Shown here in pieces: positions 11,469 to 21,855 of a stretch of DNA of 64,000 bases. The stretch spans positions 1 to 64,000 of the forward strand of contig JBBILD010000002.1 of assembly GCA_037445065.1 (NCBI GenBank). The letters are read 5' to 3'. The notes under the pieces were generated by a model, which was not told the DNA's origin, made no database searches, and saw nothing but the letters and a program-made list of their open reading frames with translations. Position 1 is the first letter of the stretch. Each line of letters starts with the position of its first letter. The position numbers were made by a program, and so were the translations under genes. The DNA comes from Myxococcales bacterium (GTDB taxonomy: Bacteria > Desulfobacterota > Binatia > HRBIN30).

Positions 11469-11582
11469 ATGAAGGTCAGAGCTTCGGTGAAGCCTATTTG
11501 CCGTAAATGTAAGGTGATCCGCAGGGAGCGGGTTGTGCGGGTGATTTGCGAAAACCCGCGACACAAACAGCGTCAAGGCTGA
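11469..11582 (+). CDS. rpmJ: 50S ribosomal protein L36 (not in the ORF track)
   Basis: Manual translation [41 protein letters not shown]. Confidence 0.97.
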   Translation: MKVRASVKPICRKCKVIRRERVVRVICENPRHKQRQG

Positions 11583-11597
11583 GAGCGGGAGCGGTCA

Positions 11598-11981
11598 ATG
11601 GCACGAATTGCTGGGGTCGACCTGCCCAAGAATAAGCGAATTGAGGTTGCTTTGACGTATATTTACGGAATTGGCACGTCGTCAGCTCGTAAGATCCTCC
11701 ATGAGGCCGGGGTGGATTTCAACCGCCGCACCGATGCATTGAGCGACGACGAACTGGTTCGGATACGCCAGATCATTGACGCCAATTATCGGGTTGAGGG
11801 CGACCTACGGCGGGAAGTGGCCCAGAACATCAAGCGCTTAATGGACATTAATTGCTACCGCGGTATCCGTCATAGGAAGAACTTACCGGTGCGTGGCCAG
11901 CGCACCCATACGAATGCGCGCACGCGAAAGGGGCCGCGGCGGACGGTGGCTGGTAAGAAGGCTCCTCCGCCGAAGGGTTAG
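11598..11981 (+). CDS. rpsM: 30S ribosomal protein S13
   Basis: [27 protein letters not shown]. Confidence 0.98.
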   Translation: MARIAGVDLPKNKRIEVALTYIYGIGTSSARKILHEAGVDFNRRTDALSDDELVRIRQIIDANYRVEGDLRREVAQNIKRLMDINCYRGIRHRKNLPVRGQRTHTNARTRKGPRRTVAGKKAPPPKG

Positions 11982-12003
11982 GCTTTCACCTTAGGAGAGT
12001 GCT

Positions 12004-12420
12004 ATGGCTGCAGAGGCTAGACAGGCGAAGACTGCCGAACGGTCTTCATCAAGGCGTAAAAAAGCGAAGCGGACCGTTTCTGAAGGAATTGTGCACATTC
12101 ACTCGACGTTCAACAACACCATCGTGTCTATTTCCGATCCGGCTGGCAACGTGATCGCCTGGGCAAGTGCTGGGTCGGTTGGCTTCAAAGGCTCGCGAAA
12201 AGGGACCCCGTTTGCTGCGCAGCTTGCAACCGAGGCCGCAACGCGAAGAGCGCAAGAGTACGGCATGCGCGCGGTCCAGGTGCACGTTAAAGGTCCTGGC
12301 CCGGGCCGGGAGTCCGCGTTGCGGGCTTTGCAAAACGCCGGGTTTACGGTCACGTTGATCAAGGATGTTACGCCGATTCCGCACAACGGTTGCAGGCCGC
12401 CCAAAAGGCGCCGAGTGTGA
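12004..12420 (+). CDS. rpsK: 30S ribosomal protein S11
   Basis: [26 protein letters not shown]. Confidence 0.98.
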   Translation: MAAEARQAKTAERSSSRRKKAKRTVSEGIVHIHSTFNNTIVSISDPAGNVIAWASAGSVGFKGSRKGTPFAAQLATEAATRRAQEYGMRAVQVHVKGPGPGRESALRALQNAGFTVTLIKDVTPIPHNGCRPPKRRRV

Positions 12421-12452
12421 ATGTTTTTCACTACTGAAGGAGTGAATCGACA

Positions 12453-13079
12453 GTGGCTCGCTATCGTGGTTCTGTTTGTCGGCTTTGCCGGCGGGAGGGA
12501 ACGAAGCTCTTTTTGAAAGGGGAGCGCTGCTACACGGATAAATGTGCTCTTGAGCGGCGTAACTACCCTCCGGGCCAGCATGGGCAGGCGCGAAGTAAAT
12601 TCACGGAATACGCAGTTCAGTTGCGGGAAAAGCAAAAACTGAAGAGAATGTATGGCTTGCTGGAGAGCCAATTTAAGAGATATTTCCACCTTGCAGAAAG
12701 AAGTCGGGGGATTACTGGAGAGCGCCTGTTGCAGTTGCTGGAACAGCGGTTGGATAACGTCGTCTACCGCTTGGGGTTTGCTACGTCGCGTTCAGAGGCC
12801 CGACAGTTAGTTCGCCACGGCCACTTCCTCGTAGATGGTAAAAAAGTAGACATCCCCTCTTACTTGGTGAAACCAGGACAGGAGATCTCCGTGCGCGAGA
12901 AGAGCCGGAAAATCGCACGGATTGTCGAGGCGCTGGAGAGCGCTCGACGGCGGGGCGTTCCAGATTGGCTTGAGGTTGATCCCGATGAATTCCGAGGGCG
13001 TCTCAAGGCGATTCCGACACGGGAAGAGATTTCTGTCCCCGTGGATGAAAAATTAGTGGTCGAACTTTACTCGAAGTGA
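12453..13079 (+). CDS. rpsD: 30S ribosomal protein S4
   Basis: [31 protein letters not shown]. Confidence 0.98.
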   Translation: MARYRGSVCRLCRREGTKLFLKGERCYTDKCALERRNYPPGQHGQARSKFTEYAVQLREKQKLKRMYGLLESQFKRYFHLAERSRGITGERLLQLLEQRLDNVVYRLGFATSRSEARQLVRHGHFLVDGKKVDIPSYLVKPGQEISVREKSRKIARIVEALESARRRGVPDWLEVDPDEFRGRLKAIPTREEISVPVDEKLVVELYSK

Positions 13080-13107
13080 ACTGTCTGCACGGGAGGCGTA
13101 GAAGAGT

Positions 13108-14130
13108 ATGGTGCCGCAACAGGTTTGGCAGGGTCTGGTTAAGCCAAAAAGAGTAGAGGCGGACGGGAAAGAACTGACGCGGACGCATGGAAAGTTTGTT
13201 GCGGAGCCACTGGAACGAGGCTTTGGTGTAACGATCGGCAACGCGTTGCGTCGGGTACTGCTTTCCTGTTTGCAAGGTGCAGCCGTGACATCCGTGCGGA
13301 TTGAGGGAGTGCTGCACGAATTTGCCGCCCTGCCGGGGGTTCGTGAAGACGTAACGGATATCCTCCTGAATCTGAAGGAAGTGCGCTTCCGCCTCTCAAA
13401 TGCAAATGAGGCTACCGCTCGGCTTGACGCGAAAGGCGAGCGCGTCGTGACGGCGGCTGACCTGATCGTTGGCCAAGGGGTTGAGGTTTTGAACCCGGAG
13501 CAACACATCGCCACGCTCTCTCGCGATGGGCGATTGCAAATGGAATTGAAGATTAAGACAGGCCGAGGGTATGTTCCGGCAGAGCGTAATAAGGAAGAAG
13601 GCGTGCCGATCGGTACGATTCCTCTGGATGCAGTATTCTCGCCAATCCGAAAAGTGAACTACACGATAACGAACGCCCGCGTGGCTCAGCGCACGGACTA
13701 CGATAAGTTGACGTTAGAAGTCTGGACGGACGGGAGCGTGACTCCGGAAGAGGCGGTGAGCCTTGCGGCGAAAATTCTTCAAGACCAACTGAGTGCGTTT
13801 GTGACTTTCGAAGAAGAAGCTCCGAAGGAGGTCCCAGCCGCAGAACCGCAGCCTACGCTGAACGAGAATCTGTTTCGTAGCGTTGCGGAACTTGAGCTTT
13901 CCGTACGAGCGGCAAACTGTCTGCAGAACGCGGGCATTAAGTACATTGGCGAACTCGTCCAGAAAACGGAACAGGAGATGTTGAAGACGAAGAACTTCGG
14001 CCGCAAATCTTTGAACGAGATCAAGGAAATTCTCCGACAAATGGGGCTTGATTTTGGAATGAAGTTGGAAAATTTCCCGTCGCGCGCCGAGCTGGATGCC
14101 CGGTGGGCAAAGCAGCGAGAGAGTGCGTAA
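13108..14130 (+). CDS. rpoA: RNA polymerase alpha subunit
   Basis: [41 protein letters not shown]. Confidence 0.98.
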   Translation: MVPQQVWQGLVKPKRVEADGKELTRTHGKFVAEPLERGFGVTIGNALRRVLLSCLQGAAVTSVRIEGVLHEFAALPGVREDVTDILLNLKEVRFRLSNANEATARLDAKGERVVTAADLIVGQGVEVLNPEQHIATLSRDGRLQMELKIKTGRGYVPAERNKEEGVPIGTIPLDAVFSPIRKVNYTITNARVAQRTDYDKLTLEVWTDGSVTPEEAVSLAAKILQDQLSAFVTFEEEAPKEVPAAEPQPTLNENLFRSVAELELSVRAANCLQNAGIKYIGELVQKTEQEMLKTKNFGRKSLNEIKEILRQMGLDFGMKLENFPSRAELDARWAKQRESA

Positions 14131-14181
14131 TCAGCTCGATGGCTCACACGAAGGTCGGTAAGTTTTCCGCAGGAGATTGGC

Positions 14182-14589
14182 ATGCGTCACCTTAAGTCTG
14201 GAAGGAAGTTGAATCGCACCAGTGCCCATCGAAAAGCTCTGATGAGAAACCTCGTGACCTCGCTAATCGAGAGAGGCCGTATTCGTACGACGGACGCAAA
14301 GGCAAAGGAACTGCGTCAGATTGCTGACCGCCTTGTGACCTTGGGAAACGAGCGTCACTGCATGCTCGGAAGGCAAGCCGCGGCGTTTGTCCGCACTCGG
14401 GCGGCGGTCCGCAAACTTTTTGATGAAATCGCTCCTCGGTTTGCAAATCGTTCAGGCGGGTATACTCGGGTCATCAAGCTTGGACGTCGAGTGGGAGACG
14501 CGGCCCCCATTTCTCTCATTGAATTTGTGGAATACCTGGAAGCCGCTGGCAGCGGATCAAAGAAAAGTGGGTCGGGTCGAGCTTCTTAG
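14182..14589 (+). CDS. rplQ: 50S ribosomal protein L17 (contains a short out-of-frame patch, see findings)
   Basis: [27 protein letters not shown]. Confidence 0.97.
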   Translation: MRHLKSGRKLNRTSAHRKALMRNLVTSLIERGRIRTTDAKAKELRQIADRLVTLGNERHCMLGRQAAAFVRTRAAVRKLFDEIAPRFANRSGGYTRVIKLGRRVGDAAPISLIEFVEYLEAAGSGSKKSGSGRAS

Positions 14590-14599
14590 CGCGGAAAAA

Positions 14600-15787
14600 C
14601 TACGACTCGGCGCGAGTTCGGAACATCACGTTTAGTTGATCGGGCGAGCGAAAGGCGAGGCCCACGATCCGACCCGGGCAGCCGGGATTACGGCGCAAGT
14701 CCGACAGGCGGTCCAGTAGAACGTTGAGAGCTATTGTCGCTTCGAACCGCGCCAAGTGGGATCCGGCACAGTAGTGCTGGCCAAAGCCAAAGGCCAGATG
14801 CCCGTCGGGGCTGCGATTGAGGTCGAAGTGATCTGGATCCGGAAATTTACGCTCGTCACGGTTTGCTGACCCCAGAGCTATACTCACGAGCATCTTTGGG
14901 GCAAGCCGTGTCCCGCTGAGCATGGCCTCTCGCGTTGTCTCCCGAGTCACATATTGCACCGGGGATTCCCAGCGGAGGGTCTCCTCCAAAAAGGCTGGGA
15001 TCAGGTCTCGTCGCTCCAGAATCGTGGTTTGCAAGGCCGGATACGAGAGCAGTGCAAATAACGCGCTACCGATGAGCCGGTAGGTAGTTTCCGCACCCGC
15101 GGGGAGCAAGAGGCGACAAAAGCTCAGAATTTCCTCGTCTGTTAAACGTTCACCCACTACCTCAGCGGTGGCAAGGGCGCTGATGAGATCATCACCAGGT
15201 GACTCGCGGCGACGGGCGACGATTGGAGTCAAGTACTCGACAATTGCCTGCGCCGCGGCGAACGCTCGGTCAGGATGATCAGCAATCGAGATTAAATCGA
15301 GAGCCCAATGATGGAAGCGATCGGCATCGTCAGACGGGAGGGCCAGGAACTGCTCTGCGAACACGCGGATGGGAAACGAAAAGGCGAACTGGCTGATTAA
15401 GTCAGCGCTTCCCTGATGGCAGAATCGGTCCACGACGTCGTGGGCAAGGGCTTCAATCTGTTTGCCCAGCGTTCCATTCCGCAGTGCGTGGGGTGACAGC
15501 GCGGGTGTGATTAGACGGCGGAAGCGGTTGTGTTCTTCGCCTTCCATCTCCAGGATCGTTCGCCCGAACACTAAGCCGATGCCACGCGCATTTGCGCGCG
15601 AGGAGAAGGTGTTTGCGTCTTTCAAAACCGCGAGCGCATCGTCGTATCTTGTGACCAGGTAATGCTGGCCGAAGATGCCATCCACTAAGGCTACTGGAGA
15701 TTCGTCGCGAAGCCGTTTGTACACTGGATACGGATCGGGGACAGGGCTCATCATCGTTCCGCCGAATAGCTCCACGATGGTAGGCAT
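14600..15787 (-). CDS. Cytochrome P450
   Basis: I-helix AGAETT, ExxR (EETLR), heme loop FGFGQHYCAG; GGAGG RBS. Confidence 0.95.
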   Translation of the reverse strand: MPTIVELFGGTMMSPVPDPYPVYKRLRDESPVALVDGIFGQHYLVTRYDDALAVLKDANTFSSRANARGIGLVFGRTILEMEGEEHNRFRRLITPALSPHALRNGTLGKQIEALAHDVVDRFCHQGSADLISQFAFSFPIRVFAEQFLALPSDDADRFHHWALDLISIADHPDRAFAAAQAIVEYLTPIVARRRESPGDDLISALATAEVVGERLTDEEILSFCRLLLPAGAETTYRLIGSALFALLSYPALQTTILERRDLIPAFLEETLRWESPVQYVTRETTREAMLSGTRLAPKMLVSIALGSANRDERKFPDPDHFDLNRSPDGHLAFGFGQHYCAGSHLARFEATIALNVLLDRLSDLRRNPGCPGRIVGLAFRSPDQLNVMFRTRAES

Positions 15788-16075
15788 TTCGCGACCTCCT
15801 GAGCCGGCCTTCTAGTTCAATCGTCCGATTGAAGTCAATCCATGGCAGTTTCGTACTAAGGTGATCAAGGGCTGGTTTGCGTCACCGCACGACCACAGAT
15901 CGAGAGGGCGGCAACCGGACAGTGACGGGCTGTTAAAGCACGGGGGACTTTGGGTTCGCGAAGACGCTTTCACCAAACGCACCCAAGCACAAAGGTGCGT
16001 TCAGTGAAAAGTGCGGCCGGAGCCGCGGCTCCGGGAGCTCAGCTCCGCTGCCGTTTTCTATTGCAGAACTCAGGG

Positions 16076-16921
16076 TCACGAGAGCTCAGCCAAGACGCCA
16101 GAAGAAGCAGACAAATCACGGATGCCAAGGACATCTGCCATGCTATACCAGCCCGGCGGCTGATGACTCACCCAGAGAGCAGCCCGAAGCGCGCCGCGGG
16201 CAAGACTTTCCCGGCTTTGCAGGCGGTGGGTAAGTTCTAAACGCTCTCCAAGCCCCGCAAAAAGTACGGTGTGATCTCCGACGATGTCTCCTCCACGCAA
16301 GCCGAATACGCCGATTTCGTCGTCCCTGCGCGGGCGCTGTCCTTCTCGGCCAAAACAGAAAGTCCGAGAGAACCCAGGCGGCACCGCCGCCTGGGCGAGA
16401 GCTATCGCCGTGCCGCTTGGTGCGTCTTTTTTCATTCGGTGGTGAATTTCAACAATCTCCACGTCGAATGAGGTACCGAGGAGCTTCGCGGCAACCTTGA
16501 CGAGTTCGAGCATGACCGTGACACCGACGCTCATGTTGGCCGAGACGACGGCACGTACCCCGCGCAGCAGATCAGTGAGTTCTTGGCGTTCTTGCGGAGA
16601 AAATCCGGTCGTGCCGAGAACCAGCGCGCTGCTTTGTTTGCGGACCATCCGCGCGTGCTCGAGCGAGGCGCGAGGAGTGGTGAAGTCCAACACGACACAC
16701 TTCGGATTGAGCAATGGTTCGAGTGCGTCCACGATCGTCACGTCTAGTTTTCCGCACCCTGCTACGACTCCTGCGTCACTGCCCACGGCAGGGTGATCTG
16801 CGGCCTCAACCGCCGCAAGCAAAAAGACGTCGTTTGAGTGGGCGATCAGCTTTATGAGCTCGCGACCCATTCGCCCCGCGGCGCCGCATACGACCAATGG
16901 GATGCAACTGTCAGATCGCAT
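16076..16921 (-). CDS. dapB: 4-hydroxy-tetrahydrodipicolinate reductase
   Basis: GAAGRMG, GTTG, EIHHRMKKDAPSGTA. Confidence 0.96.
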   Translation of the reverse strand: MRSDSCIPLVVCGAAGRMGRELIKLIAHSNDVFLLAAVEAADHPAVGSDAGVVAGCGKLDVTIVDALEPLLNPKCVVLDFTTPRASLEHARMVRKQSSALVLGTTGFSPQERQELTDLLRGVRAVVSANMSVGVTVMLELVKVAAKLLGTSFDVEIVEIHHRMKKDAPSGTAIALAQAAVPPGFSRTFCFGREGQRPRRDDEIGVFGLRGGDIVGDHTVLFAGLGERLELTHRLQSRESLARGALRAALWVSHQPPGWYSMADVLGIRDLSASSGVLAELS

Positions 16922-17801
16922 CCGATGCCTCGAGACCCTGGGCGTGAAGCACTTCCCGCAGACGAGGCCGCAAATGCGGTGACAGCGGCACTAGCGGAAG
17001 GCGAAGCTCGTTGCGGCAAAGGCCCATCATGGCAAGGGCAGCTTTGACGGGGATTGGATTGGTTTCCCAGAATAAAGCGCGAATCAAAGGCAGCAATCGG
17101 TAGTGTATTTCTCGAGCCCCATGCCAGTTCCCGGCGAACGCAGCTTGCACCAGTTCGACGCAACGTGCCGGCACGACATTGGAAGCAACAGAGATCACAC
17201 CATGGCCACCTACCGCCAGGATCGCCAACGTTAGTGAGTCGTCGCCGCTGTACACGTGAAGCCGGTCTCCACAGAGGCGTAAAACTTCTTGCACATCGTC
17301 GAGCGAACCGGTCGAATCTTTGATGCCAACAACTTCAGGCAACTCACACAGGCGCCGAATGGTCTCCGCCTCGAGTTTACATGCTGTTCGGCCAGGAATG
17401 TTGTAAAGAATGATCGGGAAGCGCGTAGCCTCAGCAACGGCCCGATAGTGTTGGAACAGCCCCTCTTGGGTAGGCTTGTTGTAGTATGGCGTGATGAGGA
17501 GGGCGGCGTCGGCACCGGCTTCCTTCGCCGCGCGGGTAAGCGCGATGGCCTCAGCAGTCGAGTTCGAGCCGGTACCAGCGATCACCTTCGCACGTCCACC
17601 CACCTGGTTCACAACGTGCCGTATTACCTCAACGTGTTCAGCGTGGCTAAGAGTTGCAGCCTCGCCGGTGCTGCCACAGGGGACCAAACCAACGACGCCA
17701 CTGGCGATTTGTGCTTCCACGAGGCGCGAAAGAGAATCGAAGTCGATTCCTCCGTCCCTGAAGGGAGTCACGAGAGCGGTGATGCACCCCGCTAGCTTCA
17801 T
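16911..17801 (-). CDS. dapA: 4-hydroxy-tetrahydrodipicolinate synthase
   Basis: GSTGE, TPYYNKP, LYNIPGRT, GIKDS, ETNPIPVK. Confidence 0.97.
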   Translation of the reverse strand: MKLAGCITALVTPFRDGGIDFDSLSRLVEAQIASGVVGLVPCGSTGEAATLSHAEHVEVIRHVVNQVGGRAKVIAGTGSNSTAEAIALTRAAKEAGADAALLITPYYNKPTQEGLFQHYRAVAEATRFPIILYNIPGRTACKLEAETIRRLCELPEVVGIKDSTGSLDDVQEVLRLCGDRLHVYSGDDSLTLAILAVGGHGVISVASNVVPARCVELVQAAFAGNWHGAREIHYRLLPLIRALFWETNPIPVKAALAMMGLCRNELRLPLVPLSPHLRPRLREVLHAQGLEASDAI

Positions 17802-18688
17802 ACCTGACCTCGCACATGGGGCGGTAAACCCCGGAGAAGTTCTTCCACGATCAACTCCCCATCGTATACCCGAACGGCAGGCCCGGTTAGATAGACGTGG
17901 TCATTGTCTTCTGACCAGCGGATTGCCAGCTCGCCTCCACGGAGTTCAACCCGAGCCTCCCTCCGGCATCGATCGGTGAGGACTGCTGCGACCACAGCGG
18001 CACAGGCACCGGTCCCACACGCGAGGGTTTCTCCCGAGCCTCGTTCCCAGACGCGCACTCTCAAGCGCTCCTTAGATAAACATTGTACAAACTCGGTGTT
18101 GATCCGACGAGGAAACACCGCGTGGCGTTCGAAATCGGGACCGATTCGTTCGAGCGGGAGCTGGTCCACGTTCTCTGAAAACACGACGCAATGTGGGTTT
18201 CCCATGGAGACGCAAGTGACTCGGTAAACGCTTTCTCCCACCTTAAGGGGAGCCTCGACGACGCGCGACCCTTCGAGGGTTGTAGGAATTTCCTGTGGGG
18301 CAAGGCGGGGTGGGCCCATGTCCACGGTTACTGCGGTCACCCAACCGTTTTCTACCTGCAATTGGAGTTCTTTTACTCCCGCGTCCGTTTCCACACGGAG
18401 GAGCGGTTTGCGGGCAATGTGGGCGTCGAATACGAGCTTGCCCACGCAGCGGATACCGTTCCCACACATTTCCGCACGGCTTCCGTCCGCGTTGTACATT
18501 TCCATCCGGCAATCGGCAACTGACGACGGGAGAATAAGAATCAACCCGTCGCTCCCGACCCCGAATCGTCGGTCGCTGAGATACCGGGCAAGAGTGGTGG
18601 CAGGCACGGGCAAGGTTTGCCGAAAGCAGTTGATATACACGTAGTCATTCCCGAGCCCGTGCATCTTTGTGAAACTCAGCGAGCCCAT
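17798..18688 (-). CDS. dapF: Diaminopimelate epimerase
   Basis: FTKMHGLGNDY, EMCGNG, MGNPH, ERGSGETLACGTG; alternative start 18712. Confidence 0.97.
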   Translation of the reverse strand: MGSLSFTKMHGLGNDYVYINCFRQTLPVPATTLARYLSDRRFGVGSDGLILILPSSVADCRMEMYNADGSRAEMCGNGIRCVGKLVFDAHIARKPLLRVETDAGVKELQLQVENGWVTAVTVDMGPPRLAPQEIPTTLEGSRVVEAPLKVGESVYRVTCVSMGNPHCVVFSENVDQLPLERIGPDFERHAVFPRRINTEFVQCLSKERLRVRVWERGSGETLACGTGACAAVVAAVLTDRCRREARVELRGGELAIRWSEDNDHVYLTGPAVRVYDGELIVEELLRGLPPHVRGQV

Positions 18689-18699
18689 GGCTGCTTTCG

Positions 18700-19971
18700 T
18701 TAGCAGTCCCATGCTGGAATGCGTTCTCCGCGAACGAGGTCGGTGTACGATTCCCGGACCCGTACCAAGTGGTAGCGGGACCCGTCGACGAGAACTTCAG
18801 GTGGGCGGGGACGAGAATTGTAGTTGGAAGCCATGACGAATCCGTATGCTCCTGCCCCAAGCACCGCGATCAAGTCACCCGATTCAACGACGGGTAGCTC
18901 ACGATCCCGTGCTAGAAAATCTCCGGTCTCACAAACTGGACCAACGATGTCTGCAACATGTACTGCGCTGGCACGAGGTTGGACCGGAACGATTGCTTGG
19001 TACGAACCGTAAAGCGCCGGGCGGATGAGTTCAGTCATGGCAGCATCTACGACGATGAAGGATTTGTCGCCTGTGTTTTTCAGGAAGAGGACTTTCGCGA
19101 GGAGAACACCCGCAAGCGCGACGATTGACCTTCCTGGTTCAAAAATCAACGTGCCCGAAAAGCCGTTGGCGGCTGAGAGAACAGCTGCCACGTACTCCGC
19201 AACAGAGGGAGGAGTTTCATCTCGATAACGTACTCCCAATCCACCGCCGACGTCGATATATCGGATGTCGAAGCCACGCTTTCGAAGCTCGCTTGCCAGT
19301 TCAACCACACGGGAGACGGCTTCGACAATGGGACTGATATCCGTCAGCTGTGATCCAATGTGACAGTCAATTCCCACAACATCGATTCCGGGGAGTTGGC
19401 GCGCAAGCTCGTAAACCTCCCGGGCCTGGTCCATGGGGATACCGAATTTGCTCTTTCTCAAGCCGGTGGCGATGTAAGGATGGGTCTTCGGATCCACGTC
19501 GGGATTGATTCGTAAGGCCACCCGAGCTGCCTTTCCGATCGAGGACGCGACCACGCTGAGTTCCCGCAGTTCAGCGATCGATTCGACATTGAAAAGTAGG
19601 ATTCCTGCCTGAAGGGCCTCATGCATCTCTCGACAGGTTTTACCAACACCCGAAAAAACAACCTTCTCTGGAGCCCCACCGCTATTGAGCACACGGAAGA
19701 GTTCGCCCCCAGAGACAATGTCAAAGCCGAGCCCGAGATGCGCCAGATAACTGAGAATCGCCGCGTTCGAGTTCGCCTTGACCGAGAAACATACTAAATG
19801 CGGTGTTCCCGCCAGCGCCGCCCGAAACTGACCAACCTGCTCGCGGATCGCGCGCAAGCTGTAAACGTAACACGGAGTTCCTTCTCTCTCCGCAATTTGG
19901 GCAAGAGGGACTTCTTCCAGATGCAACTCGCCGTTCTTCAGTTGAAGTACGCTCATAACGTTTCCTGTCAC
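18700..19971 (-). CDS. lysA: Diaminopimelate decarboxylase
   Basis: SVKANSN, HIGSQ, EPGR, GPVCETGD, MASNYNSR. Confidence 0.97.
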   Translation of the reverse strand: MTGNVMSVLQLKNGELHLEEVPLAQIAEREGTPCYVYSLRAIREQVGQFRAALAGTPHLVCFSVKANSNAAILSYLAHLGLGFDIVSGGELFRVLNSGGAPEKVVFSGVGKTCREMHEALQAGILLFNVESIAELRELSVVASSIGKAARVALRINPDVDPKTHPYIATGLRKSKFGIPMDQAREVYELARQLPGIDVVGIDCHIGSQLTDISPIVEAVSRVVELASELRKRGFDIRYIDVGGGLGVRYRDETPPSVAEYVAAVLSAANGFSGTLIFEPGRSIVALAGVLLAKVLFLKNTGDKSFIVVDAAMTELIRPALYGSYQAIVPVQPRASAVHVADIVGPVCETGDFLARDRELPVVESGDLIAVLGAGAYGFVMASNYNSRPRPPEVLVDGSRYHLVRVRESYTDLVRGERIPAWDC

Positions 19972-20438
19972 GATGCTGGAACCATGGCGACATTTGAAGG
20001 CTCACTCCGGTAACCGAAGTGGTTTTCAGTAACCACTCGATATCGACAGGGGCGCGGCTCCGGCGGGAGCTTGTCCAGAAGCTGAAACCGCCGCCGCTTC
20101 CGGATGCGCCCCAGATCGGTGACCTCCACTTTTTGCACGAGGAGGAAAGGGGAACCCTCTGAGCCACACGCTCGCTCGATAAGGAATGATCGGACCTGCA
20201 GCCCACTCACGTTGGCCTGGGAAGCCTTTGGCCTCGTCCAAGTCAGCACCACGGTCTCTTCACGGGTTTCCGCTTGCAGGTCGCGAACCGCGGGTGGAGT
20301 TAGTTCCTCGGGTGCGAGCATCGGGCCTTTTCTCGCGCAACTAATCAAAAGCAGCACAAGTAGGAAAGCCGCAACACGCTGGGCCGAAACGAATAAGGCG
20401 TGGCCCCGTTTGGAGGAACTGCAGTGGATCAAGATCAC
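19968..20438 (-). CDS. Lipoprotein with LptM/YifL-like N-terminus and an Fn3-like extension
   Basis: Hydrophobic stretch plus lipobox LISC, then ARKGPMLAP; VVLTWTRP...YRVVTEN...SEPSN resembles fibronectin type III; GTG start overlaps the argH stop. Confidence 0.7.
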   Translation of the reverse strand: MILIHCSSSKRGHALFVSAQRVAAFLLVLLLISCARKGPMLAPEELTPPAVRDLQAETREETVVLTWTRPKASQANVSGLQVRSFLIERACGSEGSPFLLVQKVEVTDLGRIRKRRRFQLLDKLPPEPRPCRYRVVTENHFGYRSEPSNVAMVPAS

Positions 20439-21820
20439 AACCCCAGCCTTCGTAGCTGCCGAGCGATATTCGACTCGGCCGTCCCTCCCGGCGCACGTCG
20501 CCGGGCGATGGCTGCTTCCGGTGTGAGCCAATCGTATACGTCTTGTTCAAACCTGGACGAAAACGAGCGGAACTCTTCCAGGCTGAGATCCTCAAGGCGC
20601 TTTTGTTTTTCCACGCAAAAGCGTACCATCCTGCCGACAATTTCGTGAGCCTCACGGAATGGCACCCCGCGGCTCGTAAGGTAGTCCGCTACTTCTGTCG
20701 CTAGAAGGTAGCCGTGCCGAGCGGCCTCGGCCATGCGTGCTCGGCAGAAACGAATCTTAGGAAGCATTTCGGACAATACGGGGAGGGCGGTGTTCAACGT
20801 GTCCACAGAGTCGAATACGGGTTCTTTATCCTCTTGCAAATCCCGGTTGTATGCCATCGGTAGGCCCTTCAAAACGGTTAGAAGGTTGATCAAATTGCCA
20901 AACAACCTTCCACACTTAGCACGGATTAGTTCGAACACATCCGGGTTCTGCTTCTGCGGCATCATCGAACTACCGGTCGAGAAGCGCTCGGGCAGCTCCA
21001 CAAAGCCTAGGAGTGGGTTGGCCCAGAAAATAAAATCCTCGGCCAGCCGGCTGAGATGAACCCCGACAAGCGCGGCGAAAAACAGGAACTCAGCAACGAA
21101 GTCGCGATCGCTGACCGCATCCATGCTATTCTCGTGGATACTGGTAAAGCCGAGCTGTCTTGCCACCCACTCCCGGTCTACCGGGAAAGTGGTGCCCGCT
21201 AGTGCACCGCTACCGAGCGGAAGTGTGTTCATCCGGCCAAATTGGCCGAGAAGTCGCTCTCGGTCGCGCTGCAGCATGAAGGCGTATGCCAGCAGGTGAT
21301 GGGCAAGTAGGACCGGTTGCGCCGGTTGGAGGTGTGTGAAACCAGGCATCACCGTCTTGAGTTCTTTACGAGCAACGCTGGCTAGGACCTTTTGGAGCTT
21401 CCGAATTTCGTGATCGATCTTGCGGGCTTCGCGACGGAGGTACAAGCGAAGATCTACAGCCACCTGGTCGTTGCGGCTGCGTGCCGTGTGAAGCTTCCCT
21501 GCGACGCTCCCAACCAGCTCGTAGAGGCGACGTTCTACAGCCATGTGAATATCTTCGTCACTGGGACTGGCTGGGAACGTGCCCTGCTCAAATTCTTTCT
21601 CGATTTGTTTTAGGCCCGAAATGATTTGTTTTGCGTCTTGACGAGGGATGATCTTTTGCTTGGCAAGCATGCGGCAATGAACGATGCTGGCGGCGATATC
21701 TTCCCGGTACAAGCGCTGATCAAACGGGAAGGAGGTCGTGAAGCGTTCGGCTGATGGAGCCGTCGCTTGAGCAAAGCGGCCGCCCCAAGCTTTGCCAGCG
21801 GGTAAGGACTTTGACTGCAT
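20435..21820 (-). CDS. argH: Argininosuccinate lyase
   Basis: WGGRF, LHTARSRNDQ, GSSMMPQKQNPD, YNRDLQEDKE. Confidence 0.97.
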   Translation of the reverse strand: MQSKSLPAGKAWGGRFAQATAPSAERFTTSFPFDQRLYREDIAASIVHCRMLAKQKIIPRQDAKQIISGLKQIEKEFEQGTFPASPSDEDIHMAVERRLYELVGSVAGKLHTARSRNDQVAVDLRLYLRREARKIDHEIRKLQKVLASVARKELKTVMPGFTHLQPAQPVLLAHHLLAYAFMLQRDRERLLGQFGRMNTLPLGSGALAGTTFPVDREWVARQLGFTSIHENSMDAVSDRDFVAEFLFFAALVGVHLSRLAEDFIFWANPLLGFVELPERFSTGSSMMPQKQNPDVFELIRAKCGRLFGNLINLLTVLKGLPMAYNRDLQEDKEPVFDSVDTLNTALPVLSEMLPKIRFCRARMAEAARHGYLLATEVADYLTSRGVPFREAHEIVGRMVRFCVEKQKRLEDLSLEEFRSFSSRFEQDVYDWLTPEAAIARRRAPGGTAESNIARQLRRLGL

Positions 21821-21855
21821 GAATTTGGCGAGCCTGCGCAGTGATCCCGCAGGTC

